This document shows, one piece after another, positions 11,901-22,705 of a stretch of 64,000 bases of DNA. The DNA is taken from assembly GCA_038087875.1 (NCBI GenBank), contig JAXLNO010000562.1, positions 1-64,000 of the forward strand, in the 5' to 3' direction. Positions within the stretch are counted from its first letter, which is position 1. Each line of letters begins with the position of its first letter. The notes under the pieces are model-generated. The model saw only the letters and a list, made by a program, of their open reading frames with translations. It did not search any database and was not told the origin of the DNA. The translations under genes and the position numbers were made by a program. The DNA is from Malacoraja senta. Its lineage: Eukaryota.

Positions 11901-12648
11901 ATCTGAAATGTCCTCATTCTTCAGGGAACGGGGGTTCCCCTCCTCCACCATAGATGAGGCTCGCACCAGGGTCTCTGCCATACCCCGCAACACTGCTCTC
12001 TCTCCCCATCCCCCCACTCACAACAAAGGCAGAGTCCCCCTAGTCCTCACCTTTCACCCCACCAGCCGTCACATACAACAAGTGATCCTCCGTCAGTTTC
12101 GCCACCTCCAACGTGACCCCACCACTCGCCACATCTTCCCATCTCCCCCTATGTCTGCCTTCCGCAAAGACCGCTCCCTCCGTAACTCCCTTGTCAATTC
12201 TTCCCTTCCCTCCCATACCACCCCCTCCCCTGGTACTTTCCCTTGCAACCGCAAGAGATGCAACACTTGTCCCTTCACTTCCCCCCTCCACTCCATTCCA
12301 GGACCCAAGCAGTCGTTCCAGGTGCGACAGAGGTTCACCTGCATCTCCTCCAACCTCATCTATTGCATTCGCTGCTCTAGATGCCAGCTGATCTACATCG
12401 GTGAGACCAAGCGGAGGCTTGGCGATCGTTTCGCCGAACACCTCCGGTCGGTCCGCAATAACCAACCTGAACTCCCGGTGGCTCAGCACTTCAACTCCCC
12501 CTCCCATTCCGTATCTGACCTCTCTGTCCTGGGTCTCCTCCATGGCCACAGCGAGCAACACCGTAAATTGGAGGAAATGCACCTCATATTCCGCTTGGGC
12601 AGTCTACACCCTGGTGGCCTGAACGTTGAATTCTCCCAATTCTGCTAG
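8932..12648 (+). CDS. Intact PLE polyprotein, 1238 aa: N-terminal domain, Pro-rich linker, reverse transcriptase, Zn linker, GIY-YIG endonuclease
   Basis: HICFLGACLRLHLIPHGF; VLSRGLTFVP; IKPADKGGAVVV; FYLLPKIHK..PGRPIVS; TMDVQSLYTSIP; QGVAMGTRMGPSYA; YLRYIDD; LPFLD; CxxxxCxxC; NLIYCIRC..C..IYIGETKRRLGDRFAEH; VAQHFN. No stops or frameshifts. Confidence 0.95.
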   Translation: MPTLKKFSSSLRRLFHTQLANCPISVIPPALQLYDHILTQTRYHSHICFLGACLRLHLIPHGFQLQFPTSQFGPQPDYRYRLAIYRHTQQFSTRALRSTLTAMRRHQQDLALTLPELRASLTQTCNGPQLYFIRRKIHLFNKRFLAHLNSTKDLKLARLQAAPAADSPQLDRPLAPGPNSGPHRLPRSRDAILSTGSDSSTHQDAILSTGSASSTHQEVAFTDLHVDAAADLHLPTDDAQARRFYGNSDFLPLADSSEPRRPPGPPSIAAGPGPSSIAAGPGPLYTAAGPGIHELGRRTAPYSPRRLTGLVEPRRPTDHPLTGTSHASPVDPDSTAHLPRPSGPPTLATATTSSPTDPDYTAHGPRPSGPPTLAIATPSSPTDPDYTAHGPRPSGPLTLATAPPSSSPQPSPYLQTGLCTGPEASTLFTPTLRGLTPLGPSASLPSPGYLSGSSTDSSPSLSNYGTTSLPHPHHCPLTPPPPDHPPPPHHTSPRPHYTHLPSSGPNPHPCRVFTIPPDLPLSDIERSVLSRGLTFVPLRPHLNEFRALHDLERFYRRLRLTAHFHGKQSSLPTDDPFSSLQRTPSSWNPPRSLPALELFIKNCRRDIHRLNFSTPLSHSNLSPLERTAIDSLRNNLDWVIKPADKGGAVVVWRVDLYKAEATRQLSDTSSYLPLDHDPTDEHQATISSTITNFIHSHALPERASNLIVPQPRTARFYLLPKIHKPDCPGRPIVSACSCPTELISTYLDSILSPLVKSLPTYVQDTSDTLRHLRAFHSLGPHPLIFTMDVQSLYTSIPHQDGLKALRFFLDRRSNLYPATDTLLRLAELVLTLNNFSFDSSHFLQIQGVAMGTRMGPSYACLFVGYVEQSLFNAYQGPIPDLYLRYIDDCFGATSCTHTQLTDFIRFTTNFHPALKYTWTISDTSLPFLDLTISIAGDRLLTDIHYKPTDSHGYLDYTSSHPASCKDSIPHSQFLRLRRICSQDEAFHTRASEMSSFFRERGFPSSTIDEARTRVSAIPRNTALSPHPPTHNKGRVPLVLTFHPTSRHIQQVILRQFRHLQRDPTTRHIFPSPPMSAFRKDRSLRNSLVNSSLPSHTTPSPGTFPCNRKRCNTCPFTSPLHSIPGPKQSFQVRQRFTCISSNLIYCIRCSRCQLIYIGETKRRLGDRFAEHLRSVRNNQPELPVAQHFNSPSHSVSDLSVLGLLHGHSEQHRKLEEMHLIFRLGSLHPGGLNVEFSQFC
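9498..10140 (+). repeat. In-frame tandem repeats in the PLE Pro-rich linker (42 bp x2, 27 bp x3, 78 bp x3)
   Basis: DAILSTGSxSSTHQ x2; xxAAGPG x3; DPDxTAHxPRPSGPxTLAxAxxSS x3, visible in DNA and protein. Confidence 0.9.
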
Positions 12649-12760
12649 CCCTGGCTGTCCCCTCCCCTTCATCAGCCATCTGGTTGTCTCCTCCCCTCCC
12701 CCAACCCTCGGGCTCCTCCTCCTCCTTTTCCTTTTTTCCTTTCTTCTCCCCACCCCCTAT

Positions 12761-12796
12761 CAGTCTGAAGAAGGGTTTCGGCCCGAAACGTTACCT
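12761..12796 (+). ncRNA. Minimal type I hammerhead ribozyme motif, copy 2
   Basis: Identical to 8765-8800. Confidence 0.7.
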
Positions 12797-12927
12797 ATTT
12801 CCTTCGCTCCATAGATGCTGCTGCACCCGCTGAGTTTCTCCAGCATTTTTGTGTACCTTCGATTTTCCAGCATCTGCAGTTCCTTCTTTAACACTTTGTC
12901 TACTCCACTGCGAAATCTCGTCAAGGT

Positions 12928-15900
12928 ATGCCTACTTTGAAGAAGTTCTCCTCCTCTCTCCGGAGACTGTTCCACACCCAACTCGCTAACTGCCCCATCT
13001 CTGTGATCCCCCCTGCCCTCCAACTCTACGACCACATCCTTACCCAAACTCGATACCACAGCCACATCTGCTTCCTCGGGGCATGCCTGCGCCTCCATCT
13101 CATACCTCATGGCTTCCAGCTCCAGTTCCCTACTTCCCAGTTCGGACCTCAGCCGGACTATCGGTACCGACTGGCTATCTACCGGCATACCCAACAATTC
13201 TCCACCCGGGCACTGAGATCCACACTGACTGCGATGCGCCGGCATCAGCAGGACCTCGCATTGACTCTCCCGGAACTTCGGGCCTCACTCACCCAGACCT
13301 GCAACGGACCACAACTGTACTTTATCCGCCGGAAGATCCACCTCTTCAATAAAAGATTCCTGGCCCACCTCAACTCCACCAAGGACCTTAAATTAGCCCG
13401 CCTCCAGGCCGCTCCCGCCGCCGACTCTCCGCAACTCGACCGCCCGCTGGCTCCGGGCCCCAACTCCGGCCCGCATCGCCTGCCCCGGTCCCGCGACGCC
13501 ATCTTGTCCACGGGGAGCGACTCCAGTACTCACCAGGACGCCATCTTGTCCACGGGGAGCGCCTCCAGTACTCACCAGGAGGTCGCCTTCACCGACCTCC
13601 ACGTCGATGCTGCCGCCGACCTTCACCTGCCTACCGATGACGCCCAGGCTCGCCGCTTCTACGGTAACTCGGACTTCCTTCCCCTCGCCGATTCCTCCGA
13701 ACCTCGCCGCCCCCCGGGACCTCCCAGCATCGCCGCCGGACCGGGCCCATCCAGCATCGCCGCCGGACCGGGCCCACTCTACACGGCCGCCGGACCGGGG
13801 ATCCACGAACTTGGCCGCCGCACCGCACCCTATTCACCCCGTCGCCTCATCGGACTGGTCGAACCGCGCCGCCCCACCGACCATCCGCTTACCGGGACCT
13901 CCCACGCATCGCCCGTGGACCCCGACTCTACTGCCCACCTACCCGACCATCGGGTCCGCCGACCCTCGCCACTGCAACGACCTCCAGCCCCACCGACCCC
14001 GACTTACACTGCCCACGGACCCCGACCATCGGGTCCGCCGACCCTCGCCACTGCAACGCCCTCCAGCCCCACCGACCCCGACTACACTGCCCACGGACCC
14101 CGACCGTCGGGTCCGCTGACCCTCGCCACCGCACCTCCCTCCAGCAGCCCGCAGCCGTCGCCTTACCTGCAAACTGGACTCTGTACTGGGCCTGAAGCCT
14201 CCACGCTGTTCACTCCCCACTCTCCGGGGTTTGACTCCACTGGGTCCTAGCGCTAGTCTGCCTAGCCCGGGTTATCTCAGTGGCAGTTCCACTGATTCTT
14301 CCCCATCCCTCTCCAACTATGGGACCACTTCTCTTCCACACCCACACCACTGCCCTCTCACCCCCCCCACCCCTGACCACCCACCACCCCCCACCACACA
14401 TCGCCTCGTCCCCATTACACCCACCTGCCTTCCTCCGGCCCCAACCCCCATCCCTGCCGGGTGTTCACCATCCCCCCCGACCTCCCCCTCTCCGACATCG
14501 AACGGTCTGTCCTCAGCAGAGGTCTTACCTTTGTCCCCCTCCGTCCCCATCTCAATGAGTTCCGTGCCCTCCATGACTTGGAACGCTTCTACCGTCGCCT
14601 CCGCCTCACAGCTCACTTCCATGGGAAGCAGTCCTCGCTCCCCACTGATGACCCCTTTTCCAGTCTCCAACGCACCCCATCCTCATGGAACCCCCCTCGC
14701 AGCCTTCCGGGCTTTAGAACTCTTTATTAAAAACTGCCGCCGTGAACATCCACCGCCTCAACTTCTCCACTCCCCTGTCTCACTCCAATCTCTCCCCCCT
14801 TGAACGCACTGCCATCGACTCACTTCCGCAACAACCTAGATTGGGTTATCAAACCCGCCGACAAGGGAGGTGCCGTGGTAGTCTGGCGCGTCGACCTCTA
14901 CAAAGCTGAGGCCACGCGCCAACTCTCGGACACCTCTTCCTACTTACCCCTGGACCATGACCCCACTGACGAGCACCAGGCCACCATCTCCAGCACCATC
15001 ACCAACTTCATCCACTCCCACGCCCTGCCCGAACGAGCCTCCAACCTCATCGTTCCCCAGCCCCGCACAGCCCGCTTTTACCTTCTCCCCAAAATCCACA
15101 AACCTGACTGTCCCGGTAGACCCATTGTCTCTGCCTGTTCTTGCCCCACCGAACTCATCTCCACCTACCTCGACTCCATACTATCCCCTTGGTTAAATCC
15201 CTCCCCACCTATGTTCAAGACACCTCAGACACTCTCCGTCATCTCCGCGCATTCCACTCTCTAGGCCCTCACCCCCTCATCTTCACCATGGACGTCCAGT
15301 CACTGTACACCTCCATCCCCCACCAGGATGGTCTCAAAGCCCTCCGTTTTTTCCTCGACCGTAGAAGCAATCTATACCCGGCCACTGACACCCTCCTCCA
15401 CCTAGCGGAGCTGGTACTTACACTTAATAACTTTTCATTCGACTCCTCCCATTTCCTCCAAATACAAGGCGTAGCTATGGGCACACGCATGGGCCCCAGC
15501 TACGCCTGCCTCTTTGTCGGGTACGTAGAACAATCCCTGTTCAATGCGTACCAGGGCCCCATCCCCGACCTCTACCTCCGCTACATCGATGATTGTTTTG
15601 GTGCCACATCCTGCACCCACACACAACTGACTGACTTCATCCGCTTCACCACCAACTTCCATCCGGCACTTAAATACACCTGGACCATTTCCGACACTTC
15701 CCTACCATTCCTTGACCTCACTATCTCCATCGCAGGTGATAGACTCCTTACCGACATCCACTACAAACCTACCGACTCCCATGGCTATCTGGACTACACT
15801 TCTTCCCACCCTGCTTCCTGTAAGGACTCCATCCCCCCACTCCCAATTCCTCCGTCTACGCCGCATCTGCTCCCAGGATGAGGCGTTCCACACCAGGGCA

Positions 15901-16647
15901 TCTGAAATGTCCTCATTCTTCAGGGAACGGGGGTTCCCCTCCTCCACCATAGATGAGGCTCGCACCAGGGTCTCTGCCATACCCCGCAACACTGCTCTCT
16001 CTCCCCATCCCCCCCACTCACAACAAAGGCAGAGTCCCCCTAGTCCTCACCTTTCACCCCACCAGCCGTCACATACAACAAGTGATCCTCCGTCAGTTCG
16101 CCACCTCCAACGTGACCCCACCACTCGCCACATCTTCCCATCTCCCCCTATGTCTGCCTTCCGCAAAGACCGCTCCCTCCGTAACTCCCTTGTCAATTCT
16201 TCCCTTCCCTCCCATACCACCCCCTCCCCTGGTACTTTCCCTTGCAACCGCAAGAGATGCAACACTTGTCCCTTCACTTCCCCCCTCCACTCCATTCCAG
16301 GGACCCAAGCAGTCGTTCCAGGTGCGACAGAGGTTCACCTGCATCTCCTCCAACCTCATCTATTGCATTCGCTGCTCTAGATGCCAGCTGATCTACATCG
16401 GTGAGACCAAGCGGAGGCTTGGCGATCGTTTCGCCGAACACCTCCGGTCGGTCCGCAATAACCAACCTGAACTCCCGGTGGCTCAGCACTTCAACTCCCC
16501 CTCCCATTCCGTATCTGACCTCTCTGTCCTGGGTCTCCTCCATGGCCACAGCGAGCAACACCGTAAATTGGAGGAAATGCACTCATATTCCGCTTGGGCA
16601 GTCTACACCCTGGTGGCCTGAACGTTGAATTCTCCCAATTCTGCTAG
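12928..16647 (+). pseudogene. Second copy of the PLE ORF with many single-base frameshifts (probably sequencing errors)
   Basis: Nearly identical to 8932-12648 but split into ORF pieces (12928, 14461, 14800, 15141, 15712, 15953) by 1-bp indels, mostly in homopolymers. Confidence 0.9.
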
Positions 16648-16759
16648 CCCTGGCTGTCCCCTCCCCTTCATCAGCCATCTGGTTGTCTCCTCCCCTCCCC
16701 CAACCCTCGGGCTCCTCCTCCTCCTTTTCCTTTTTTCCTTTCTTCTCCCCACCCCCTAT

Positions 16760-16795
16760 CAGTCTGAAGAAGGGTTTCGGCCCGAAACGTTACCT
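16760..16795 (+). ncRNA. Minimal type I hammerhead ribozyme motif, copy 3
   Basis: Core identical to 8765-8800. Confidence 0.7.
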
Positions 16796-17767
16796 ATTTT
16801 CCTTCGCTCCATAGATGCTGCTGCACCCGCTGAGTTTCTCCAGCATTTTTGTGTACCACAGATGTGACTGTGGTGTTTGTTGATGGTGAGTGGGGGGTGG
16901 GGAGGGTGAGCTCTCCTAAAGTCTGCTATCAATTCCACTCTCTTAAGAGCATACCAAATCTCGTTGTACCTCTGTGCAATGACAATAAATATATTATTAT
17001 GATTATTATTATTATTATTGAGCTCCAGGCTGTTACAAAGGCACCAGGACGCCAGGACGCCAGCTGTCTTCCTGTCTGTAGGCAGATTCCTCCTGGATCA
17101 GTCCAATCAGGGTTGTGTCGTCCGCAAACTTGAGAAGCTTGACAGAGGAGTCTGTGGAGGTGCAGTCGTTGGTGTAGAAAGAGTAAAGGAGAGGAGAGAG
17201 TACACAATGAAATTCTTGCTTTGCTTCAGCACAACAGAACATAGTAGGCATGACTACAGAACAGTGTGTCCATATACCATTATATAAATATATACACACA
17301 TGAATAAATAAACTGATAAAGTGCAAATAACAGATAATGGGCTATTAATGTTCAGAGTTTTGTCCGAGCCAAGTTTAATAGCCTGATGGCTGTGGGGAAG
17401 TAGCTATTCCCCAGAGGGGGAAACGTTGTCTGGTCCTGGAGGTTTCCGGCTTTTCTGTCTTCTGAATAGCCTCTCCACCTCCTCAATTTCTATTGTTGGT
17501 GATGGAGAAGTGGCCAGACTGATGTTGGGCAGCAAGGAGGGGGTGAGTAGTGGACAAGGGCCCTGTCTTTGCAGACTGGAGTCAGGCTGTAAGTAGGTAT
17601 TAAGCGGTGGTTGGGGAGGGGGGGAGGGGGTATTAAGGTTAAGTTTCTGTATATCAAACCTGCAGGAGAACTCGTTCAGGTCGTTGGTCAGCTGACGATT
17701 GTCCAAGGAGCGGGGGATTTTCCTCTTGTAGCTGGTGATTTCTTGCAAGCCCTTCCAAACTTCCAAG

Positions 17768-19053
17768 TCAGCATGGATTTACGATGGGGAAATCATGCTT
17801 GACTAATCTTCTGGAATTTTTTTGAGGATGTAACTAGGAAAATGGACAAGGGAGAGCCAGTGGATGAAGTGTACCTGGACTTTCAGAAAGCATTTGATAA
17901 GGTCCCACATAGATTAGTGGGCAAAATTAGAGCACATAGTATTGAGGATAGGGTGCTGACATAGATAGAAAATTGGTTGGCAGACAGGAAACAAAGAGTA
18001 GGGATTAACGGGTCCCTTTCAGAATGGCAGGCAGTGACTGATGGGATACCGCAAGGCTCAGTGTTGGGACTGCAGCTATTTACAATATATATTAATGATT
18101 TAGATGAAGGGATTAAAAGTAACATTAGCAAATTTGCAGATGACACAAAGCTGGGTGGCATTGTGTACTGTGAGGAGGATACTATGAGGATGCAGGGTGA
18201 CTTAGACATGTTGGGTGAGTAGGCAGATGCATGGCAGATGCAGTTTAATGTGGATAAAATGTGAGGTTATCCACTTTGGTGGCAAAAACAAAGGCAGATT
18301 ATGATCCAAATGGTGTCAAGTTGGGAAAAGGAGAAGTACAACGGGATCTGGGGGTCCTTGTTCATCAGTCACTGAAAGTAAGCATGTAGGTACAGCAGGC
18401 AGTGAAGGAAGCGAATGGCATGTTGGCCTTCATAACAAGAGGAGTTGAGTATAGGAACAAAGAGGTCCTTCTGCAGTTGTACAGGGCCCTAGTGAGATCA
18501 CACCTGGAGTATTGTGTGCAGTTTTGGTTTCCAAATTTGAGGAAGGACATTCTTGCTATTGAGGGAGTGCAGCTTAGGTTCACGTGGTTAATTCCCGGGA
18601 TGGCGGGACTGTCATATGTTGATAGAATGGAACGGCTGGGCTTGTATACTCTGGAATTTAGGATGAAAGGGGAATTTATTGAAACATATAAGACTATTAA
18701 GGGTTTTGGACAAAGCTAGAGGCAGGAAACGTGTTCCCGATTTGGGGAGGGGGGGGGGGGGGCCAGAACCAGGGGCCACAGTTTAAGAATTAGGGGTAAG
18801 CCATTTAGAACGGAGATGAGGAAATATTTTTTCACACAGTTGTGAGTCTGTGGAATTCTCTGCCTCAGAGGGTGGTGGAGGCCGGTTCTTTGGATGCTTT
18901 CAAGAGAGAGTTAGATAGAGCTCTTAAAGGTAGCGGAGTCAAGAGATATGGGGAGAAGGCAAGAATGGGGAACTGATTGTGGATGATCAGCCATGATCAC
19001 ATTGAATGGTGATGCTGGCTCGAAGGTCGAATGGCCTACTCCTGCACCTATTG
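17768..19053 (+). mobile_element. CR1 LINE, 5'-truncated, inserted into the Rex1 element
   Basis: HGF..GKSCLTNLLEFFEDVT, VYLDFQKAFDKVPH, GIPQGSVLG, FADDTKLGG, LYRALVRSHLEYCVQFW, tail GGCCTACTCCTGCACCTATTGT; has stops and frameshifts. Confidence 0.92.
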
Positions 19054-20843
19054 TAAAAGAGTAATTAGCTGAGAACTTGCTCCTCAACTTCTCAGAGTAC
19101 CTTTCCTTGGCAGCTTTGATTCCTCTTCTCAGCTTGTAGAGGTCTGTATCCCTGTTCCTGTCGGCCTCATCTTTAGACTGACGGAGCTGTTCACTGAGTT
19201 CTGCTGTAAACCAGGGCTTGTTGTTGAACCAGATCCGGGTCCTAGTGGGAATGCAACTGTCCTCACAAAAGCTGACATATGATGTCACAGTGTCTGTATA
19301 CTCATCAAAGCTTGTGGTTGCTTCCTGAACACATTCCAATTAGTGCAGTCAAAGCTGGACTGTAGGTTTCAATGCCCTCGCTTGTCCACCTTTTCATTGT
19401 TCTGACCACAGGCTTAGCAGATTTTAGTTTCTGCCTGTAGGTCGGAATAAGGTGAACTAAACAATGGTCAGAGAGACCTAGAGCCGCCCAGGGAACAGAG
19501 CGATATGCGTTCTTGATTGAAGTGTAACAGTGATCGAGTGTTCTCTCCCCTCTGGTGGGGCAGGGAATACGAAGTCTGTACTTTGGAAGGTCTCTGCTGA
19601 GGTTAGCCTTGTTAACGTCCCCCAAAACAAAGACCATGGAGTCCTGGAAGTCACTCTCTACCCTCATTCCCTGGTCAGCGAGTTACGTTTGCGCCTTATG
19701 TACGCAGGCTTGCGGGGGATGCGGGGGATGTAAGCGCCAGCGAGAATAAAAGAGATAAATTTCCTCGGAGAATAAAAGGGTTTGCAGTTTATAAAGAAGG
19801 ATTCTAGGTTGGGAGAACAGGAGTTAGACGGTACCATGATGTCACTGCACCAGTCATGGTTAGTCTAGAAGCATATTCCATCGCCTCTTGATCTTCCCGC
19901 TGCCTCTGCTTCGCGGTCTGCTCTACATAGTTGAAAGCCAGCCAGTTGCAGCGCATTGTCCAGGGTCAACTCACATAGCCCAGGTCTCGGTGAAGCACAT
20001 GGCAGCAGCTCGAGAGAAGTCCTTCTTTGTCTGGCACAGGGGTTGCAGTTTTGTCCACTTTGTTGTTGAGAGAACGTTGGAGCTCCAGAAGTCGATCCCC
20101 AGCAAAGGGACCGCCATCTCCACGATGTTAGGCCGCAGTGCAGACGGAGATACGATACGAAAGAAGTTGCATCTCCGTCGAGGAAAGAGATTTAAAAAGG
20201 TTTTCCCCCACCCCGCGCATAATACAAAGATACACTAAAACATACATTTAACAACAGACTAAAAACAACAAAAGAAAGAAAAGGACGAGACAGACTGTTG
20301 GCGAGGCTGCCATCCAATCACCACTTTTTATTAAAACCGGCATTGATACAATCGGTCACCTGTGTTTGTCTATACTTTTCTGTACTTTTTTGCAATTCTA
20401 GCATGTTCAATGTATTATTATGAGAGTGCATTGTCTGAGGTGAGATCCCAATGTACTTTACAAAGACTCCCAGCTGTCTCTGGATTTAAAAGAGCAGGGG
20501 AGTTCTCCAAGTTACCTAATCTATATTTACCATCCTAAAAAATGGATTATCTGGTTATTATTTCAATATTACCTGTGGGGCTGTTCCCAAATTGGTTGCC
20601 ATGATGCGTTCACTTCAAAACTATAAGATTTGGTAAAAAACTAAAACATGTCCGTCGCGCGTCCGTCTATGACTCCAACTGAATCTGGAATCGTCTCTGC
20701 ACTCGGGATGGCATTCATTAGTTTGTACTTGAACTTCCTGTAACTCTGAATCACCTGTCCTAAACACCATAGATGTTCTATGTTAGCTTATTATTAATAG
20801 TTGAGATTTGTAAATGAAAACTAGGTTTATTCTTTTTCTCCAG

Positions 20844-21038
20844 AACATTCTTTGCCTATGGACCTTTCTACCTTGGGATAAATTCAGCATTTGCTGGTTT
20901 AATTGCCAACAGTTTCTTTCGGAGAGTCCTCAATATTGCACAGGCTCGTTTTACGTCTAGTTTGCCTATGGCAGTCCTTCCATTTTTGTCGACTGTAGCA
21001 GGATATAATGCAGTTGTATCAAAAACCTTTGCTTTCAG
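20844..21038 (+). CDS. TMEM126A: TMEM126A-like coding exon 2 (apparent +1 frameshift in A5 run at 21021-21025)
   Basis: TTTTCTCCAG| ... |GTTAGT; R-TFFAYGPFYLGINSAFAGLIANSFFRRVLNIAQARFTSSLPMAVLPFLSTVAGYNAVVS contains the TMEM126 motifs GLIANSxFRR and LPMAxxPF. Confidence 0.9.
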
Positions 21039-21465
21039 GTTAGTAAAGGCTCTTGTCTATTTAAGAATTACAAAATATATATTTATACTTGTCCTGCCTG
21101 GATTCAACTAGCAATATTCCTATTTATAGAGCAAAGTATTTTCTGGCAGCCTTTGTCCTATATTAATTTTGATTAATTTTAATACTTTGGGGAGAAGGAA
21201 GAAACTGACCGTACCTAATGCAGAATATGCATTGTGTAACATATTAATACTTTTCCTGAATAAAATGTCCATTTTATTCTCTCTGTTAGCTGATGGAAAA
21301 AGAAGGGAAACAAGGTTGTAAACTAGCAGCCCTGGGGTTGGGGGAGGGGGCATGGATTGTAAGGATGATGTATCTTGCCTGTATCAATTGAATGTTTTAA
21401 AATAATGCTAAAAGGCATGCTGTAACAATTTTAAGTTGAAACAAGGTATGAATTTATTTTTATAG

Positions 21466-21580
21466 GTGATTTAAACTGTCCCACATGTGCTCTAGTTAGA
21501 GGAGGATTGGTAGCTTCTCTTGGTGGGGGGCTATATCCCATTGTTTTGGCCTTGCCTATAAATGCTGGGCTTGCAACAAG
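21466..21580 (+). CDS. TMEM126A: TMEM126A-like coding exon 3
   Basis: TATAG| ... AG|GTAAGG; GDLNCPTCALVRGGLVASLGGGLYPIVLALPINAGLATR (GDLxCxTC, GGLYP motifs). Confidence 0.92.
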
Positions 21581-22083
21581 GTAAGGACAACTGCACCACT
21601 ATAAAACCATCTTAATGTTTTGATTCTGTAGTTCCCTCTGCTGTCTTCAGGGTGAGGAATGTGATTGTCACAATATTTCAGTCCAGTGTCGAAATTGATT
21701 TGTAATGTTGTGAATACGTATTTTCAATATTAATTGTGAAAAACATATAACCTCCTTTAATAGAAGGTCTATATGGTTGTCTCGAATCAAAGCATCTTTG
21801 ACCTTCCCGGTTGCGAAATACAGAGTATAGAATTTGAGATTCCTTCCATAGATCATCTCAGAGCGGAATTTTCTATCCAGGAAGGTTTTCTAAAAAACAA
21901 ACCAGCAACATCACCTCTGACAAATGCCTGATTTATGTCCTCAGGTTACGATCAGTTTACAAGAACGATAGCCTGGGGAGGACCTGTATTTTTTGTTCTA
22001 TAAAATGTATTGTTACTTTTTAATTTAAATACTGGTTTCTATTCTGTCGAAAAATCATAAGCAATCATGACATCAAGCATCCA

Positions 22084-22330
22084 TAGAACACAAGAACACC
22101 AAATAGGAGCAGGAGCAGGCCACCTGGCCCCTCAAGCCTGCCTTGCCATTCAGTATAATCATGGCTGATGTATCCTGGCCTCAAATCCTCCTCTGTGCCA
22201 GATCCCCATAAACCATTAATCACCTGCTCTATCGAAAAGAAAAAAAAACATCTTTACCTTAAAGATAATAAGTGTGACTTTTCAGAAGTCTGGGTAGAGA
22301 ATTTCAGAAATTTCTTAAATGACTGGCCTT
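22084..22330 (-). mobile_element. Degenerate CR1 3' end
   Basis: AATAGGAGCAGGAGCAGGCCA...AATCATGGCTGAT is the reverse complement of the CR1 tail at 18980-19053. Confidence 0.6.
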
Positions 22331-22705
22331 TAATTCAGAAGTGTGTCCCCTCATTTGAGATTCTCTCACTAATATAAAGCATACTGGCTAAACAAGCGAG
22401 AGCTTAAATTAGTTTAAACTTTTGCCAAATAAAATCCAGAATTCGATGACATCCAAAAAGCACAAAAGACCAAGAACTACCATCGTGAACTGAAGAACGG
22501 TTTAAATGTAACTTGCTTGGGGTATGCACCCACGCACACTGGGACTAACATTTGCCAAATGGTGTGACATTAATTCTGTTGCTTCTCTGCCCCTATCTAT
22601 CCAAGCTTGTGCTTTCCCGCTCTATAGAATGTAACTTTTTTTTCTTGAGAGTTTATATTGAACTAAGGAACATTTTGCTTCTCTAAATACAAATATACAA
22701 GCACT

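Larger units (their letters stand above)
8451..16857 (+). mobile_element. Penelope-like element (Neptune-type) tandem insertion: pLTR-ORF-pLTR-ORF-pLTR
   Basis: Direct repeats at 8451-8861, 12447-12857 and 16447-16857 (periods 3996 and 4000 bp). Host CCACAG occurs at both 8445-8450 and 16856-16861; the uninterrupted site GACTCCACAGATATGACTGTGG is seen in the 44096 Rex1 copy. Confidence 0.95.
7788..20315 (-). mobile_element. Rex1/Babar-type LINE, near full length but broken up by nested insertions (pieces about 7788-8450, 16856-17200, 17405-17767, 19052-20315)
   Basis: Collinear minus-strand motifs: APE endonuclease (FVLGDVNKANL, PTRGERTLDHCY, LGLSDHCLVHLIPTYRQKLK), VWKGLQEITSYK, PGPDNVSP, RT (LSPLLYSFYTNDC, LLKFADDTTLIGLI), C-terminus (FKFLGIIITKDLKW, FYTAIVQSILT, WFGS) and a microsatellite tail; same family as 43417-44552. 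Confidence 0.8.

Noticed and set aside
9087..12622. Many overlapping alternative-frame and antisense ORFs within the PLE
   Set aside because: Expected from the GC-rich, C-skewed composition; none has recognisable motifs.
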